64,000 bases of DNA from the IMG/VR virus record IMGVR_UViG_3300028886_000075; one strand, written 5' to 3'. A program made the translations under genes and the position numbers. Shown one piece after another: positions 47,315 to 56,719 of this stretch. Each line of letters begins with the position of its first letter. The first letter of the stretch is position 1. Source of the DNA: a virus. Lineage: Duplodnaviria > Heunggongvirae > Uroviricota > Caudoviricetes. The notes beneath the pieces are model-generated. The model made no database searches. It worked only from the letters and a program-made list of their open reading frames with translations, and was not told where the DNA came from.

Positions 47315-47758
47315 ATGAATATGGAGAATATGTATACAACAACAAATTTTTGTGAGGGTCTGATACAGTCAATTATTAATTATATGAATGAAAATAAGGT
47401 TAATATATTACCACTTGAATTCCTTGCAAAACGTAATGATTATAGTTCTTGTAAATCTGCCCGTATTCTATTTAATTCTGGTATTAAGTATTTTACTGTT
47501 GTAAATGGAGAACTTCATGTTACTACTCATAGTAAGTATACTAATAAGGATTACGAATATATTGTTTCTGCTGTAAGACATCCTTGGCCTGATACTTCTC
47601 ATTATTCATTCCATACTCAGGATTTGGTAATTTTAATTCAGATTGCTTATGATACCATTGGTTCATCACATTTTAAAGGTTGTGGAGTTGAAAGTTATGA
47701 TCCATCAGATATTGATGAACTAGAAAAGGAATATGAAAACCGTCGCAACGAAATTTAA
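47315..47758 (+). CDS. hypothetical protein
   Basis: 147-aa ORF followed by a terminator. Confidence 0.5.
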   Translation: MNMENMYTTTNFCEGLIQSIINYMNENKVNILPLEFLAKRNDYSSCKSARILFNSGIKYFTVVNGELHVTTHSKYTNKDYEYIVSAVRHPWPDTSHYSFHTQDLVILIQIAYDTIGSSHFKGCGVESYDPSDIDELEKEYENRRNEI

Positions 47759-47780
47759 TTAAATTTAAATCTAATACTTT

Positions 47781-47823
47781 TAGACAATATTTAACTTTTG
47801 TTAATTATTGTCTATTTTTTTAT
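47781..47823 (+). terminator. rho-independent terminator (tagacaata-17nt-tattgtcta then TTTTTTTAT)
   Basis: Read directly from the sequence. Confidence 0.65.
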
Positions 47824-47852
47824 ATAATCTAAAAATAAGATAGAATTAAAAT

Positions 47853-48299
47853 ATGAATAATGATAATAAATGGCATCGTGCAAAAGTTCCATTCTTTTTA
47901 GAAGTTGAATATTATGATGAATATAATCCTGAAACTGAAAGTATAATAATGAAAAGTCTATTAAAAGGCGATGATATTCTTCCAGGATTACGAGTTAATA
48001 AAATGTTTGCAAATTTTGTAGATAAAGATATTCTTGTTGCAGATGAAATTCATAAAGATTTACATCATCTTATGGAAGAATTTGAAAAGTTTTCAATTAA
48101 GTATGCTAATTTTATGGAGGATAAATCTAAAGATAATTGTATGAATAAATTAGGTATGAATCCTAAAGATTTTTCAGATAAAGAAAAGAAACATGCTGAA
48201 GAAATTAAACAAGTAACTTCTAATGGGCAGACTCCTAAAATTAATTCAGAAACAGGAAGATATATTGCATATGATGATTTATCAAATTTTCCAACATAA
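47853..48299 (+). CDS. hypothetical protein
   Basis: 148-aa ORF. Confidence 0.5.
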   Translation: MNNDNKWHRAKVPFFLEVEYYDEYNPETESIIMKSLLKGDDILPGLRVNKMFANFVDKDILVADEIHKDLHHLMEEFEKFSIKYANFMEDKSKDNCMNKLGMNPKDFSDKEKKHAEEIKQVTSNGQTPKINSETGRYIAYDDLSNFPT

Positions 48300-48553
48300 T
48301 GATACCAGGATTTGTAACAATATATATAGATAAAGATAAAAATAAACATTTATATTTTTTTCCAGGAATAGACGATAACGGTGAATCAATATATAGAGAT
48401 ATTGATTTACCTAATTGTCCATTTAAATATGATAAAGTTATAAATGAAGATTTTTCAATTGATTATAAGTTTTATAATAATATAAAGAAAATTACGTGTA
48501 ATCTTGTTAAAATTAATGGTGAAGTAGATATTAATGTTTTAATATTTAAATAA
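48299..48553 (+). CDS. hypothetical protein
   Basis: 84-aa ORF with a TAATG overlap. Confidence 0.45.
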   Translation: MIPGFVTIYIDKDKNKHLYFFPGIDDNGESIYRDIDLPNCPFKYDKVINEDFSIDYKFYNNIKKITCNLVKINGEVDINVLIFK

Positions 48554-48554
48554 T

Positions 48555-48809
48555 ATGATAAAAGGTAATTGTATAGATAAATTTATTTCAAAACGATTAG
48601 ATAATATTTTAGTTGAAATTTTAAATTTAAGATCAAAAATTCGTCAACGTCGGAATGATAGAGAAAATATAATTGATTATTTTAATTCTGGTTGTTACGA
48701 AAAAGATTTTTCAGATATAATAGAATTAAGAAATATTTCTATTGATTTAACTAATAAATGTAATATATTTTTGGAACGTATTTCAGAACAATATTCAAAG
48801 ATAAATTGA
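48555..48809 (+). CDS. hypothetical protein
   Basis: 84-aa ORF. Confidence 0.45.
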   Translation: MIKGNCIDKFISKRLDNILVEILNLRSKIRQRRNDRENIIDYFNSGCYEKDFSDIIELRNISIDLTNKCNIFLERISEQYSKIN

Positions 48810-48843
48810 TTATTATTAATTATATTTATTTTTATAATTAATA

Positions 48844-51147
48844 ATGAATCATATTAATATACAAAATGAATCAACAAATATCACTGAATATATAGATTCA
48901 AATATTTTAGAAAAAATTTATAATTTATTTTCTGGTGAGGTTACACCAACAGAATTAGATCATATTATATTAGATAATACATCTATATTAAAAGGAAATA
49001 TAACAGTACCATCAGTATATAAATTTATATATGATTGGTTATTAGAAAGATATCCAAATACATTAAGAATTAATTATAATGATTTGTATATTTATATTAA
49101 AGATCCATATATAGAAGCAAAATTATTAGAAAACAATTTTGGTGATAGCACTAATTCACATGTAACATATTCTAAAGTATTTGCTGCAACAACATTACCG
49201 GTTTTTGGTATTACTGGTTCATATAGTGAATATGAAGAAAACATTACTGAATTTAAAGAATTGGCAGAATTCACTAATATTAAAAAACTCTCAGATAGAA
49301 TATTTAGACAATGTAGAAATTTAGAAACAGTTGATTTAATAAATGTTACAGAATTAGGAAATGCTGCATTTTATAGATCAGGTATAAAACATTGTTTAAA
49401 TTCGGGTAATGTTGAAATTATTGGGGAGCAGTGTATTGAAGATTGTACTAATTTAGAAACATTTGATTTTTCTTCAGTAAAAAAAATTGGAACACATAGT
49501 ATATATAATACAGGATTAACTGCAATACATTTTAATGGTTCTGAAGATATAATTTTAATGAACCAGGCAATCAATAATAATAAAAGTTTAACAGTTATAG
49601 ATGGATTACAAAATGTTAAGCAATTTACTGCCGGTAATATATTTTCGAATAACACTGCGTTGTTAGAATTAAGATTAGATAATTTGGAATTATGTGACGG
49701 AAATAATTTCGTTAACAATTGCACTTCATTACATACATTTTATGCACCTAAATTAGCGACAAAAATAGAATACGGGACATTTGGTGGTTGTAAAGCATTA
49801 AAAAATTTAACTATTGACTGGGAAAATATAACTACTATTAAAGGAAATGCATTTAATTCCTGTACATCATTAACATCAGATAAAGTTGATATATCTCATG
49901 TTACAGAATTTACAGGAAATGGACATTTTACTGAGTGTAGTAGTTTAACTTCATTAACGGTAAATCAAAATATAATTAATATTCCTGAATATTTTTGTTA
50001 CAGATGTACTAATTTATCAACAATTAATTTAACAAACTGTACTACTATTGGTAATTATGCTTTTATTGGTACATCATTAGTTAATGTTGACATAAGTGCA
50101 TGCTCATCTTTAGGAGCTGGTGTATTTGCTGAAGTGAATACATTGACTAGTGTTAAGTTATGTCCAAATTTGAAAACATTAAATACTGGAGTATTTAAGA
50201 GCTGTATTAATCTTTCTAACATCAACACTAATTTTGCAGTAATTACATCAATTGGTAGTTCTGCATTTGAAGGTTGTAAATCATTGACAACATTTGATGT
50301 TTCATCAGTTATGTCATTAGGTGATTGGTCATTTGCTTACTGTGACAATCTAACAACGTTAAATCTTTCTTCAGTAATAACAAACATACCTAATCAATGT
50401 TTTAGAACCAACCCTAAACTAACATCTGTTGGTGATTTGTCAAGTGTTAAAATAATAGAAAAACAGGCATTTTTAGATTGTCCTTTGTTAACTGGTCCAT
50501 TAGATTTAAGTAATTGTGAAACTATAAATGGAAGTGCATTCAAAGGATGTTCAGCATTGACAGAAGTAATATTGACTACAAAATGTACTTTAATAAAAGG
50601 TGAAGCATTTAGAGGATGTACGAATCTAGAATCAGTTGGGGATTTGTCTAACGTTACAATGTTAGGAACCCATTTTGCTAATGATATGCATACATTTAGT
50701 GGGTGTTCATCATTAGTTTCTGTCAACTTATCGAATAAATGTACATTATTATGTGGTAATACATTTAGAAACTGTACGTCATTAACATCTGTTGGTGATA
50801 TATCAGGTCTTATTGATATATATGTAGCGACATTCTACAATTGCTCATCATTGACTCAGAATTTTGATCTATCTAATATAACTGGAATAATTGGTGAAGC
50901 TGCATTCCAAGGATGTTCATCATTGACATCTATACTTGTTGGTGCTAATGTACAGAAAATTGATCAAAATGCATTTAAGGATTGCCCATTATTGACCGTC
51001 AAGTTCTTAGGAATTACACCACCATCAGATTTTGCAATCAATGCGTTCAATTCACAGATTTATAATATATTAGTTCCTAATGATTCATTGAATTCATATA
51101 AAGTAAAAATACCTGAAAGCTTACATTCAAAAATAGAAACATACTAA
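48844..51147 (+). CDS. large BspA-type leucine-rich repeat (LRR_5-like) protein (767 aa)
   Basis: About 20 repeats of CT(S/N)L..V.L....IG..AF.GC..L type. Confidence 0.7.
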   Translation: MNHINIQNESTNITEYIDSNILEKIYNLFSGEVTPTELDHIILDNTSILKGNITVPSVYKFIYDWLLERYPNTLRINYNDLYIYIKDPYIEAKLLENNFGDSTNSHVTYSKVFAATTLPVFGITGSYSEYEENITEFKELAEFTNIKKLSDRIFRQCRNLETVDLINVTELGNAAFYRSGIKHCLNSGNVEIIGEQCIEDCTNLETFDFSSVKKIGTHSIYNTGLTAIHFNGSEDIILMNQAINNNKSLTVIDGLQNVKQFTAGNIFSNNTALLELRLDNLELCDGNNFVNNCTSLHTFYAPKLATKIEYGTFGGCKALKNLTIDWENITTIKGNAFNSCTSLTSDKVDISHVTEFTGNGHFTECSSLTSLTVNQNIINIPEYFCYRCTNLSTINLTNCTTIGNYAFIGTSLVNVDISACSSLGAGVFAEVNTLTSVKLCPNLKTLNTGVFKSCINLSNINTNFAVITSIGSSAFEGCKSLTTFDVSSVMSLGDWSFAYCDNLTTLNLSSVITNIPNQCFRTNPKLTSVGDLSSVKIIEKQAFLDCPLLTGPLDLSNCETINGSAFKGCSALTEVILTTKCTLIKGEAFRGCTNLESVGDLSNVTMLGTHFANDMHTFSGCSSLVSVNLSNKCTLLCGNTFRNCTSLTSVGDISGLIDIYVATFYNCSSLTQNFDLSNITGIIGEAAFQGCSSLTSILVGANVQKIDQNAFKDCPLLTVKFLGITPPSDFAINAFNSQIYNILVPNDSLNSYKVKIPESLHSKIETY

Positions 51148-51176
51148 TTTATCATAATTGAATTTATAAATTTTAT

Positions 51177-51229
51177 AAATACCTAACTATTTTATATTTA
51201 GAATTAAATTATAGAATAGTTAGGTATTT
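51177..51229 (+). terminator. 15-bp stem hairpin (aaatacctaactatt ... aatagttaggtattt) then TTTTTT, ending 4 nt before the 51233 ATG
   Basis: Read directly from the sequence. Confidence 0.65.
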
Positions 51230-51232
51230 TTT

Positions 51233-51871
51233 ATGACAAATAATATTGAAATAATGAGAAAGTATATGGGAGACTTAGGAATTCCTGAAAGGCAGCTATA
51301 TAGAAAAGATCTTTATTTTGATGTTCAGTTGATTCGTCGTGGTAAAGATAATCCTGATATGCCAGCTGCAAATTATACCTTTAAGACTTATTATATTGAT
51401 TCATTAGAATTGTTTGATAGATATATTGAAGAAATCAAACAATGTTGTGAAATGTTTAAACTTCGTGCATATATCAGCGTTAATGCTAAATCCAAAATTG
51501 AACTTTCAAAAAAGACATTAGTTAAATATGCAGAAATGGTTGCTTTAGAAGAATCAAAGAAGCCATGGAGATTTTGTGATTCTGTAAATGGATCAATGTC
51601 AGGAAAAGAAAAACGATGGGTAATAGATATTGATGATTGTGAAGATGATAAGCAATATCTTTATTATGTTCGTGAAGCTATTGGGAGATGTTCAACTAAA
51701 TACGATAATGCAATTGTTGTTACGTTACCAACAAAATCAGGATTTCATGTTATAACTCACCCATTCAATACTTATGAATTCAATAATCATTGTAAAGACA
51801 TGGGTATTGAAATTCCAGAAATTAAAAAGAATCACATAACTTTACTTTATGAAAATATTAATTTAGAATAA
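51233..51871 (+). CDS. hypothetical protein (upstream neighbour of the NMNAT gene)
   Basis: 212-aa ORF. Confidence 0.55.
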   Translation: MTNNIEIMRKYMGDLGIPERQLYRKDLYFDVQLIRRGKDNPDMPAANYTFKTYYIDSLELFDRYIEEIKQCCEMFKLRAYISVNAKSKIELSKKTLVKYAEMVALEESKKPWRFCDSVNGSMSGKEKRWVIDIDDCEDDKQYLYYVREAIGRCSTKYDNAIVVTLPTKSGFHVITHPFNTYEFNNHCKDMGIEIPEIKKNHITLLYENINLE

Positions 51872-51891
51872 ATAATTAAAGAAATTAATAG

Positions 51892-52470
51892 ATGAAAACT
51901 GGAATAATATTAGCACGATTACAACCCATTCATAATGGGCATTTAGCATTAATTAATAAGGCATGGGAAGAAAATGATGAAGTATATATATTTGTTGGTA
52001 GTGCAGATAAATTTAATGAACGTAACCCAATACCAATTAATCTTAGAATGCAGTTAGTTGATGGTGCATTAGAAACACTTAGAGAAAAAAATAAAACACT
52101 TTCTAACCCAAAAATAATTAAAGTTGTACCATTAGATGATTTAACTGATGAATCAGATAATTCACATGATTGGGGATTTTATTTATATTCTAAAATTGTA
52201 AGTGAAACGGGTAATCCAAATTTTACTATATATTATTCAGATGGTTTTGAAATAATTACTACATGGTTTCCATCATTTATCCTAAGAAATAATGTAAGCT
52301 TATGTTTACTTGCTCGTAATGCTACAGTTGATGGTATATCAGCGACTGAGATAAGAAAGATGATACTTGAAGATAATGTTAATAAATTAAAACATTTTGT
52401 TCCTAATATTGTTTTTGATATGAAAGATACAATTAAGAAACATATTGAATTAGCAAAACTAATAAAGTAA
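51892..52470 (+). CDS. nadM: nicotinamide-nucleotide adenylyltransferase, archaeal NadM type
   Basis: GIILARLQPIHNGHLALINKAWEENDEVYIFVGSADKFNERNPIP parallels M. jannaschii NMNAT GLLVGRMQPFHRGHLQVIK...DELIICIGSAQ...RDPF. This includes the (H/T)xGH signature. Confidence 0.8.
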   Translation: MKTGIILARLQPIHNGHLALINKAWEENDEVYIFVGSADKFNERNPIPINLRMQLVDGALETLREKNKTLSNPKIIKVVPLDDLTDESDNSHDWGFYLYSKIVSETGNPNFTIYYSDGFEIITTWFPSFILRNNVSLCLLARNATVDGISATEIRKMILEDNVNKLKHFVPNIVFDMKDTIKKHIELAKLIK

Positions 52471-52472
52471 TT

Positions 52473-52760
52473 ATGAAATATAAAATTATTAAAAAGCACA
52501 GTAAAAGTTTAGTGGAAGTTCAACATAATGGGGATGAACCAAATACATATAACGTTAAATATTCAGAATGGTATGAAGCAAAACGTAAAGGTAAATTTTT
52601 TGGATTTTGGCATACAGTAGGACACGAATATGACTATTATGGAGATGTATTCCCACACACTGAAAAAACACTTGAAGGTATAGAAGATTATGTTCGTAAA
52701 TGGAATGAAGTTGAATATTTTAATGAGCCTATAGAAATAATTAAAGATTTAGAATTATGA
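52473..52760 (+). CDS. hypothetical protein
   Basis: 95-aa ORF. Confidence 0.5.
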   Translation: MKYKIIKKHSKSLVEVQHNGDEPNTYNVKYSEWYEAKRKGKFFGFWHTVGHEYDYYGDVFPHTEKTLEGIEDYVRKWNEVEYFNEPIEIIKDLEL

Positions 52761-52963
52761 AGAATTGTAATAATTGCCCACATGGTAGATATGATCCATG
52801 TTCAGATATATGTGATAATTGTATGCATGATTCAGAAACTGGTTGGTTTGGATTTACAGATCATAGAGTAGGTAAACATTTCAATAATGAAGAAGAACAA
52901 TCAGAATATTATCAAGATTATTTTGACAATGAATATGATGATGAAAATGAAAGTATAATATAG
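52757..52963 (+). CDS. small Cys-rich zinc-finger-like protein with an acidic tail
   Basis: CNNCPHGRYDPCSDICDNCMHD. ATGA overlap with the upstream gene. Confidence 0.5.
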   Translation: MKNCNNCPHGRYDPCSDICDNCMHDSETGWFGFTDHRVGKHFNNEEEQSEYYQDYFDNEYDDENESII

Positions 52964-52965
52964 TT

Positions 52966-53376
52966 ATGAATCCACGTAAAGAACGACAAGAACAAATAAG
53001 AGCAGCAGCAAAATATAATACTACTTGTAAAGATCCTGTTTCATTTGAAGCAGGAGCAAAATGGGCAGATTATCACCCTGATTGGAAAGAAGGATATCCT
53101 CAAGTTGAAGAAAATAAATATGGTTTACCACGTTTATATCTTTGTCAGATTTTGATTCTTGATATGACATTTGGTTATAGATATTCATATAGAGTAGGAT
53201 TTATTAATGAAGAAGGAAAATGGAATATTGAAAGAGAAGGATTTATAAAAGTTTTAAGATATATGAATATATATGCAGATGAATCTGATTCACAATTAGT
53301 ACAAAAGGATATTCCATCGTTTAATAATAATGAAGAAGATGAATCTGATGAAAATAATTTAAAAGATGCAGCATAA
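52966..53376 (+). CDS. hypothetical protein
   Basis: 136-aa ORF. Confidence 0.5.
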   Translation: MNPRKERQEQIRAAAKYNTTCKDPVSFEAGAKWADYHPDWKEGYPQVEENKYGLPRLYLCQILILDMTFGYRYSYRVGFINEEGKWNIEREGFIKVLRYMNIYADESDSQLVQKDIPSFNNNEEDESDENNLKDAA

Positions 53377-53511
53377 TTATGAAACAGTGGAGTGATTTAA
53401 CAAAGGGCGATGAATTATAACCTAAGTCTTTGTTACAAAAAGAAATTAGTAAAACATATTAAGAAATTGAAAAACAACAAGAAAACATAAAATATTTAAA
53501 AGGACTATTGA

Positions 53512-53949
53512 ATGAAACATATTGAAGATATTAAAGTAAACGATATATTATGGGTTATTGATGATTCTTTACATCCTTGTTTAATTGCATTACCAATTAT
53601 TAATATTGATGTTAAAAAATATCCTTGGACTAGTTATCATAATTTATTATTGAAATTTCCTGATGGTTCTGAGAAATGGATATCTTTATTTAATAACGGA
53701 TATAAACAAGATTATGATAAACCATTTTTAAGTTCTATTTTAGAAAATTTAAATGATTATGAAAATAACGATACTTATTTAGTTTGTTTTGATAGGATAA
53801 ACTTATATAATGAATATGTATCTGGTTTAAAATCATCTATAAAAAATGTTGAAAAAGTAATTGAAAATGGAAATAAAAATCTTATAGACCTTAATTTTAA
53901 GTTAGATTATATATTAACACAAATAAAATTAATTGAAGATAATGAATAA
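53512..53949 (+). CDS. hypothetical protein
   Basis: 145-aa ORF. Confidence 0.5.
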   Translation: MKHIEDIKVNDILWVIDDSLHPCLIALPIINIDVKKYPWTSYHNLLLKFPDGSEKWISLFNNGYKQDYDKPFLSSILENLNDYENNDTYLVCFDRINLYNEYVSGLKSSIKNVEKVIENGNKNLIDLNFKLDYILTQIKLIEDNE

Positions 53950-54343
53950 TTTAGAAATTGATAATCAAAATAAATCTCCAAGATTTACTAAATTAGGAGA
54001 ATCATTAGTAAAATGGATTAATAGTTATCCTGAAGATGAATTTGATAATATTAATGAAGGAATAGAATTATTAGTTTTAGGAGTAGATAATAAACATAAA
54101 GCAAGAATATGTTTTATGTTAGGAGATGATAAATATCCGATTGATTCAGCGTTTAATGCAATTAATCATGGTATTGGAGATTTTAGAAATAAAGATAATT
54201 ATTTAGAACAAGATATATTTACTGGTGTAGCAGACTATATTGCAAGAGTATGCGCAAATAATTCATATATTTGGAAACAATTTAAAGAAGGTGTAGAAAA
54301 ATACATTAAAGAAATCAATAATGATAATATTCAAGAAGGGTAA
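53933..54343 (+). CDS. hypothetical protein
   Basis: 136-aa ORF. Confidence 0.5.
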   Translation: MKIMNNLEIDNQNKSPRFTKLGESLVKWINSYPEDEFDNINEGIELLVLGVDNKHKARICFMLGDDKYPIDSAFNAINHGIGDFRNKDNYLEQDIFTGVADYIARVCANNSYIWKQFKEGVEKYIKEINNDNIQEG

Positions 54344-54836
54344 TTTATTTGATTCTAAATGTCAGACATTAGTTAATACTGTTAATTGTAATGGCATTAT
54401 GGGTAAAGGTATAGCATTACAATTTAAACAAAATTACCCAAGTATGTTTAATGAATATAAAAGAGTATGTTCAGGAAAATCATATAATGGTATTGGTAAA
54501 TTAAAAAATGGGGGTGATCTTTGGTTATATACATATATAGATTTATATAAAGAACGTAATATATTGTGTTTTGCTACAAAAGAAAATTGGTGGAATAAAT
54601 CAAAATTAGAATATATTGAACGAGGATTAAAAACATTAACGCAACATTTTGAATTTGAAGATACCTATGATACACCAGGACAATCATTTTACTTCTATGA
54701 AAAATTAAAAATCAAAAGTATTGCATGGCCTAAACTTGGTTGTACAAATGGTGGATTAAACTGGGAAGAACAAGTAAAACCACTTATGATAAAATATTTA
54801 GGTGATATAGATATTATAAATGAAATATATGAGTAA
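54321..54836 (+). CDS. macro domain (ADP-ribose binding/processing) protein
   Basis: KKGNLFDSKCQTLVNTVNCNGIMGKGIALQFK parallels the macro-domain N-terminal motif (GDIT...VNAANxxLxGGGGV.GAI). IAWPKLGCTNGG parallels the AFPAISTG(V/I)YG distal motif. Confidence 0.65.
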   Translation: MIIFKKGNLFDSKCQTLVNTVNCNGIMGKGIALQFKQNYPSMFNEYKRVCSGKSYNGIGKLKNGGDLWLYTYIDLYKERNILCFATKENWWNKSKLEYIERGLKTLTQHFEFEDTYDTPGQSFYFYEKLKIKSIAWPKLGCTNGGLNWEEQVKPLMIKYLGDIDIINEIYE

Positions 54837-55020
54837 GAAATTAGTAAAAGGAAACGATTTTGGAGAATCAAAATTATGTGGTGTGTGTTGTGGATTATCA
54901 GAGTATTTTGGAATTGATGTAACAATACTTCGATTTATATGGGTGATAGCAGTTCTATTTTATGGAATAGGATTGATTCCATATATAATTTTAGCAATTA
55001 TAATGCCGGATAAAGAATGA
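54820..55020 (+). CDS. PspC-domain small membrane protein
   Basis: KLCGVCCGLSEYFGIDVTILRFIWVIAVLFYGIGLIPYIILAIIMP closely follows the PspC domain (GVCAGIANYFDVPVKLVRILVVL...YIIL). Confidence 0.7.
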   Translation: MKYMSKKLVKGNDFGESKLCGVCCGLSEYFGIDVTILRFIWVIAVLFYGIGLIPYIILAIIMPDKE

Positions 55021-55148
55021 GAACAAAAGAAGAAATACAAAATCATATTAATGAATGCAATTCAATAATTAGCGATCTTTATGAAGAAATAAGATATTAT
55101 GAAGAACTTATTGAAGAAGATAAAGCAGATCTTTTCAAGATCGAATAA
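55017..55148 (+). CDS. small acidic ORF (43 aa), start overlaps the upstream stop (ATGA)
   Basis: Found by manual reading because it is below the ORF-track length cutoff. Confidence 0.3.
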   Translation: MRTKEEIQNHINECNSIISDLYEEIRYYEELIEEDKADLFKIE

Positions 55149-55235
55149 AACGGAATATCAAGATCATATAATTGAAGATGATATATTACCATTACAAGCA
55201 ATGTATTATAGTATAAATAAATTAAAATAAAGTTT

Positions 55236-55598
55236 ATGGGGGTAGATAATTTTACAAGAGCTATTTATGGTTGGAAAGTGGAGGGCAGTGATAAGGTAAA
55301 AAAATTTGAAAAGGCTTTAGAAAAAGTTAATTCAAATTATTATGATGATTACTGTGATTTTTTCGCAGATGATACTATGTGTGGAAATTATATTTATTTT
55401 GGAGCTAATTTAGTGTATTATGATGCTGATGAAGGTGGAGAAGCAATTATAAACAATGAATTAATTAAAGAAGCTACAGATGAATATCATAAATTTTTAG
55501 ATGAGCATCCTGAACTAAAAGAATTTCTTAAGAAACAAATTGGTAAGAAAACAACAAGTAAAGAACCACAATTATTTATATTTCAACAAATTTGGTAA
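55236..55598 (+). CDS. hypothetical protein
   Basis: 120-aa ORF. Confidence 0.5.
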   Translation: MGVDNFTRAIYGWKVEGSDKVKKFEKALEKVNSNYYDDYCDFFADDTMCGNYIYFGANLVYYDADEGGEAIINNELIKEATDEYHKFLDEHPELKEFLKKQIGKKTTSKEPQLFIFQQIW

Positions 55599-56719
55599 TG
55601 AAAGTATTAACTAAAGAAAACTTAGTTGCAAAAATAAAAGCAGCTGAAGAAAAATATTATAAAGAAAGCCCATGTCTTCATTGCGGTCCTGGTAATGGGT
55701 GTGATGATTGCAGGGGATGTGAAGATTCAAAAAGAAATTATGAATTGGAAATGATGCTTCATAATGCAAAGGAAGCATATAAAAATAGATTCGGACATTC
55801 TTATGAACAAGATTGTGATTATGATTTAATAATTAAATATGAAAATGAATTTAAACAATCTAATGATAAATGTAATGAATGTCATGGAAATTTTGGTGAT
55901 GACTGTGTTTATTGTGATGATTTTGATAAAAAATATAAAATAAAAGAACGTTTACAATGGGCAGTTAATGAATTTAAAAGAAAATATAATATTGAATATA
56001 TTGATTTTAAAAAACAAATAAATAATTTAGGTATTATGAATGATAATTTAAAAGTTAATAATGGTGTGTCAATCAAAGAATGGATTGAAAATGGAATTAA
56101 TGAGTATGGTGCAAAACAATTTCATGAAGATATAAATAATAATTGGGCATTCATTAATAATTCTATTAAAGATGCAATATTGTCTGAGATTGATAAAAAA
56201 ATTAAACCAGAAAAAATTGAAACAATTGATGATGTTGCTAAATTACTTGATGGTAATCAATATGGAGATGAATTAAGAAATGAGTCAGATATTAATATCG
56301 AAGAATTGTGTAGAAAAAATAAATGGGTTATTGTTTTTGGTTATTCTGATGATAATGTTGAACTACGTGGAGCTATTGATGATGAATTAGGAGCATGGAA
56401 TGGAACAATACTTAAATTAGTTAATAAAGGAGATTTTTATTTAGAAGATTGTGATGAATATGGAGAGGATGATGCAACATATAGAAAGGCAACATATTCA
56501 ATGTTTGTTGACATATCTGAAAATGAATTAAATGATATTAAAGAAACAAATTATAAAAATATATGTATTATTGAAGCACTTTGGTCTCCAGAAGATTCTG
56601 ATGCTTCATGGCAGTTTAATTGTAAAGGAGCTAACTATGCAAGATTCAATATCATGGAAGAAGAAGAATTATATGCTGAATGCTTAGTTATAGATTTGAA
56701 TAGTTTAATCAATGGGTGA
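55592..56719 (+). CDS. hypothetical protein with N-terminal Cys clusters (CLHCGPGNGCDDCRGCED; CNECHGNFGDDCVYCDD)
   Basis: 375-aa ORF. Confidence 0.55.
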   Translation: MVMKVLTKENLVAKIKAAEEKYYKESPCLHCGPGNGCDDCRGCEDSKRNYELEMMLHNAKEAYKNRFGHSYEQDCDYDLIIKYENEFKQSNDKCNECHGNFGDDCVYCDDFDKKYKIKERLQWAVNEFKRKYNIEYIDFKKQINNLGIMNDNLKVNNGVSIKEWIENGINEYGAKQFHEDINNNWAFINNSIKDAILSEIDKKIKPEKIETIDDVAKLLDGNQYGDELRNESDINIEELCRKNKWVIVFGYSDDNVELRGAIDDELGAWNGTILKLVNKGDFYLEDCDEYGEDDATYRKATYSMFVDISENELNDIKETNYKNICIIEALWSPEDSDASWQFNCKGANYARFNIMEEEELYAECLVIDLNSLING

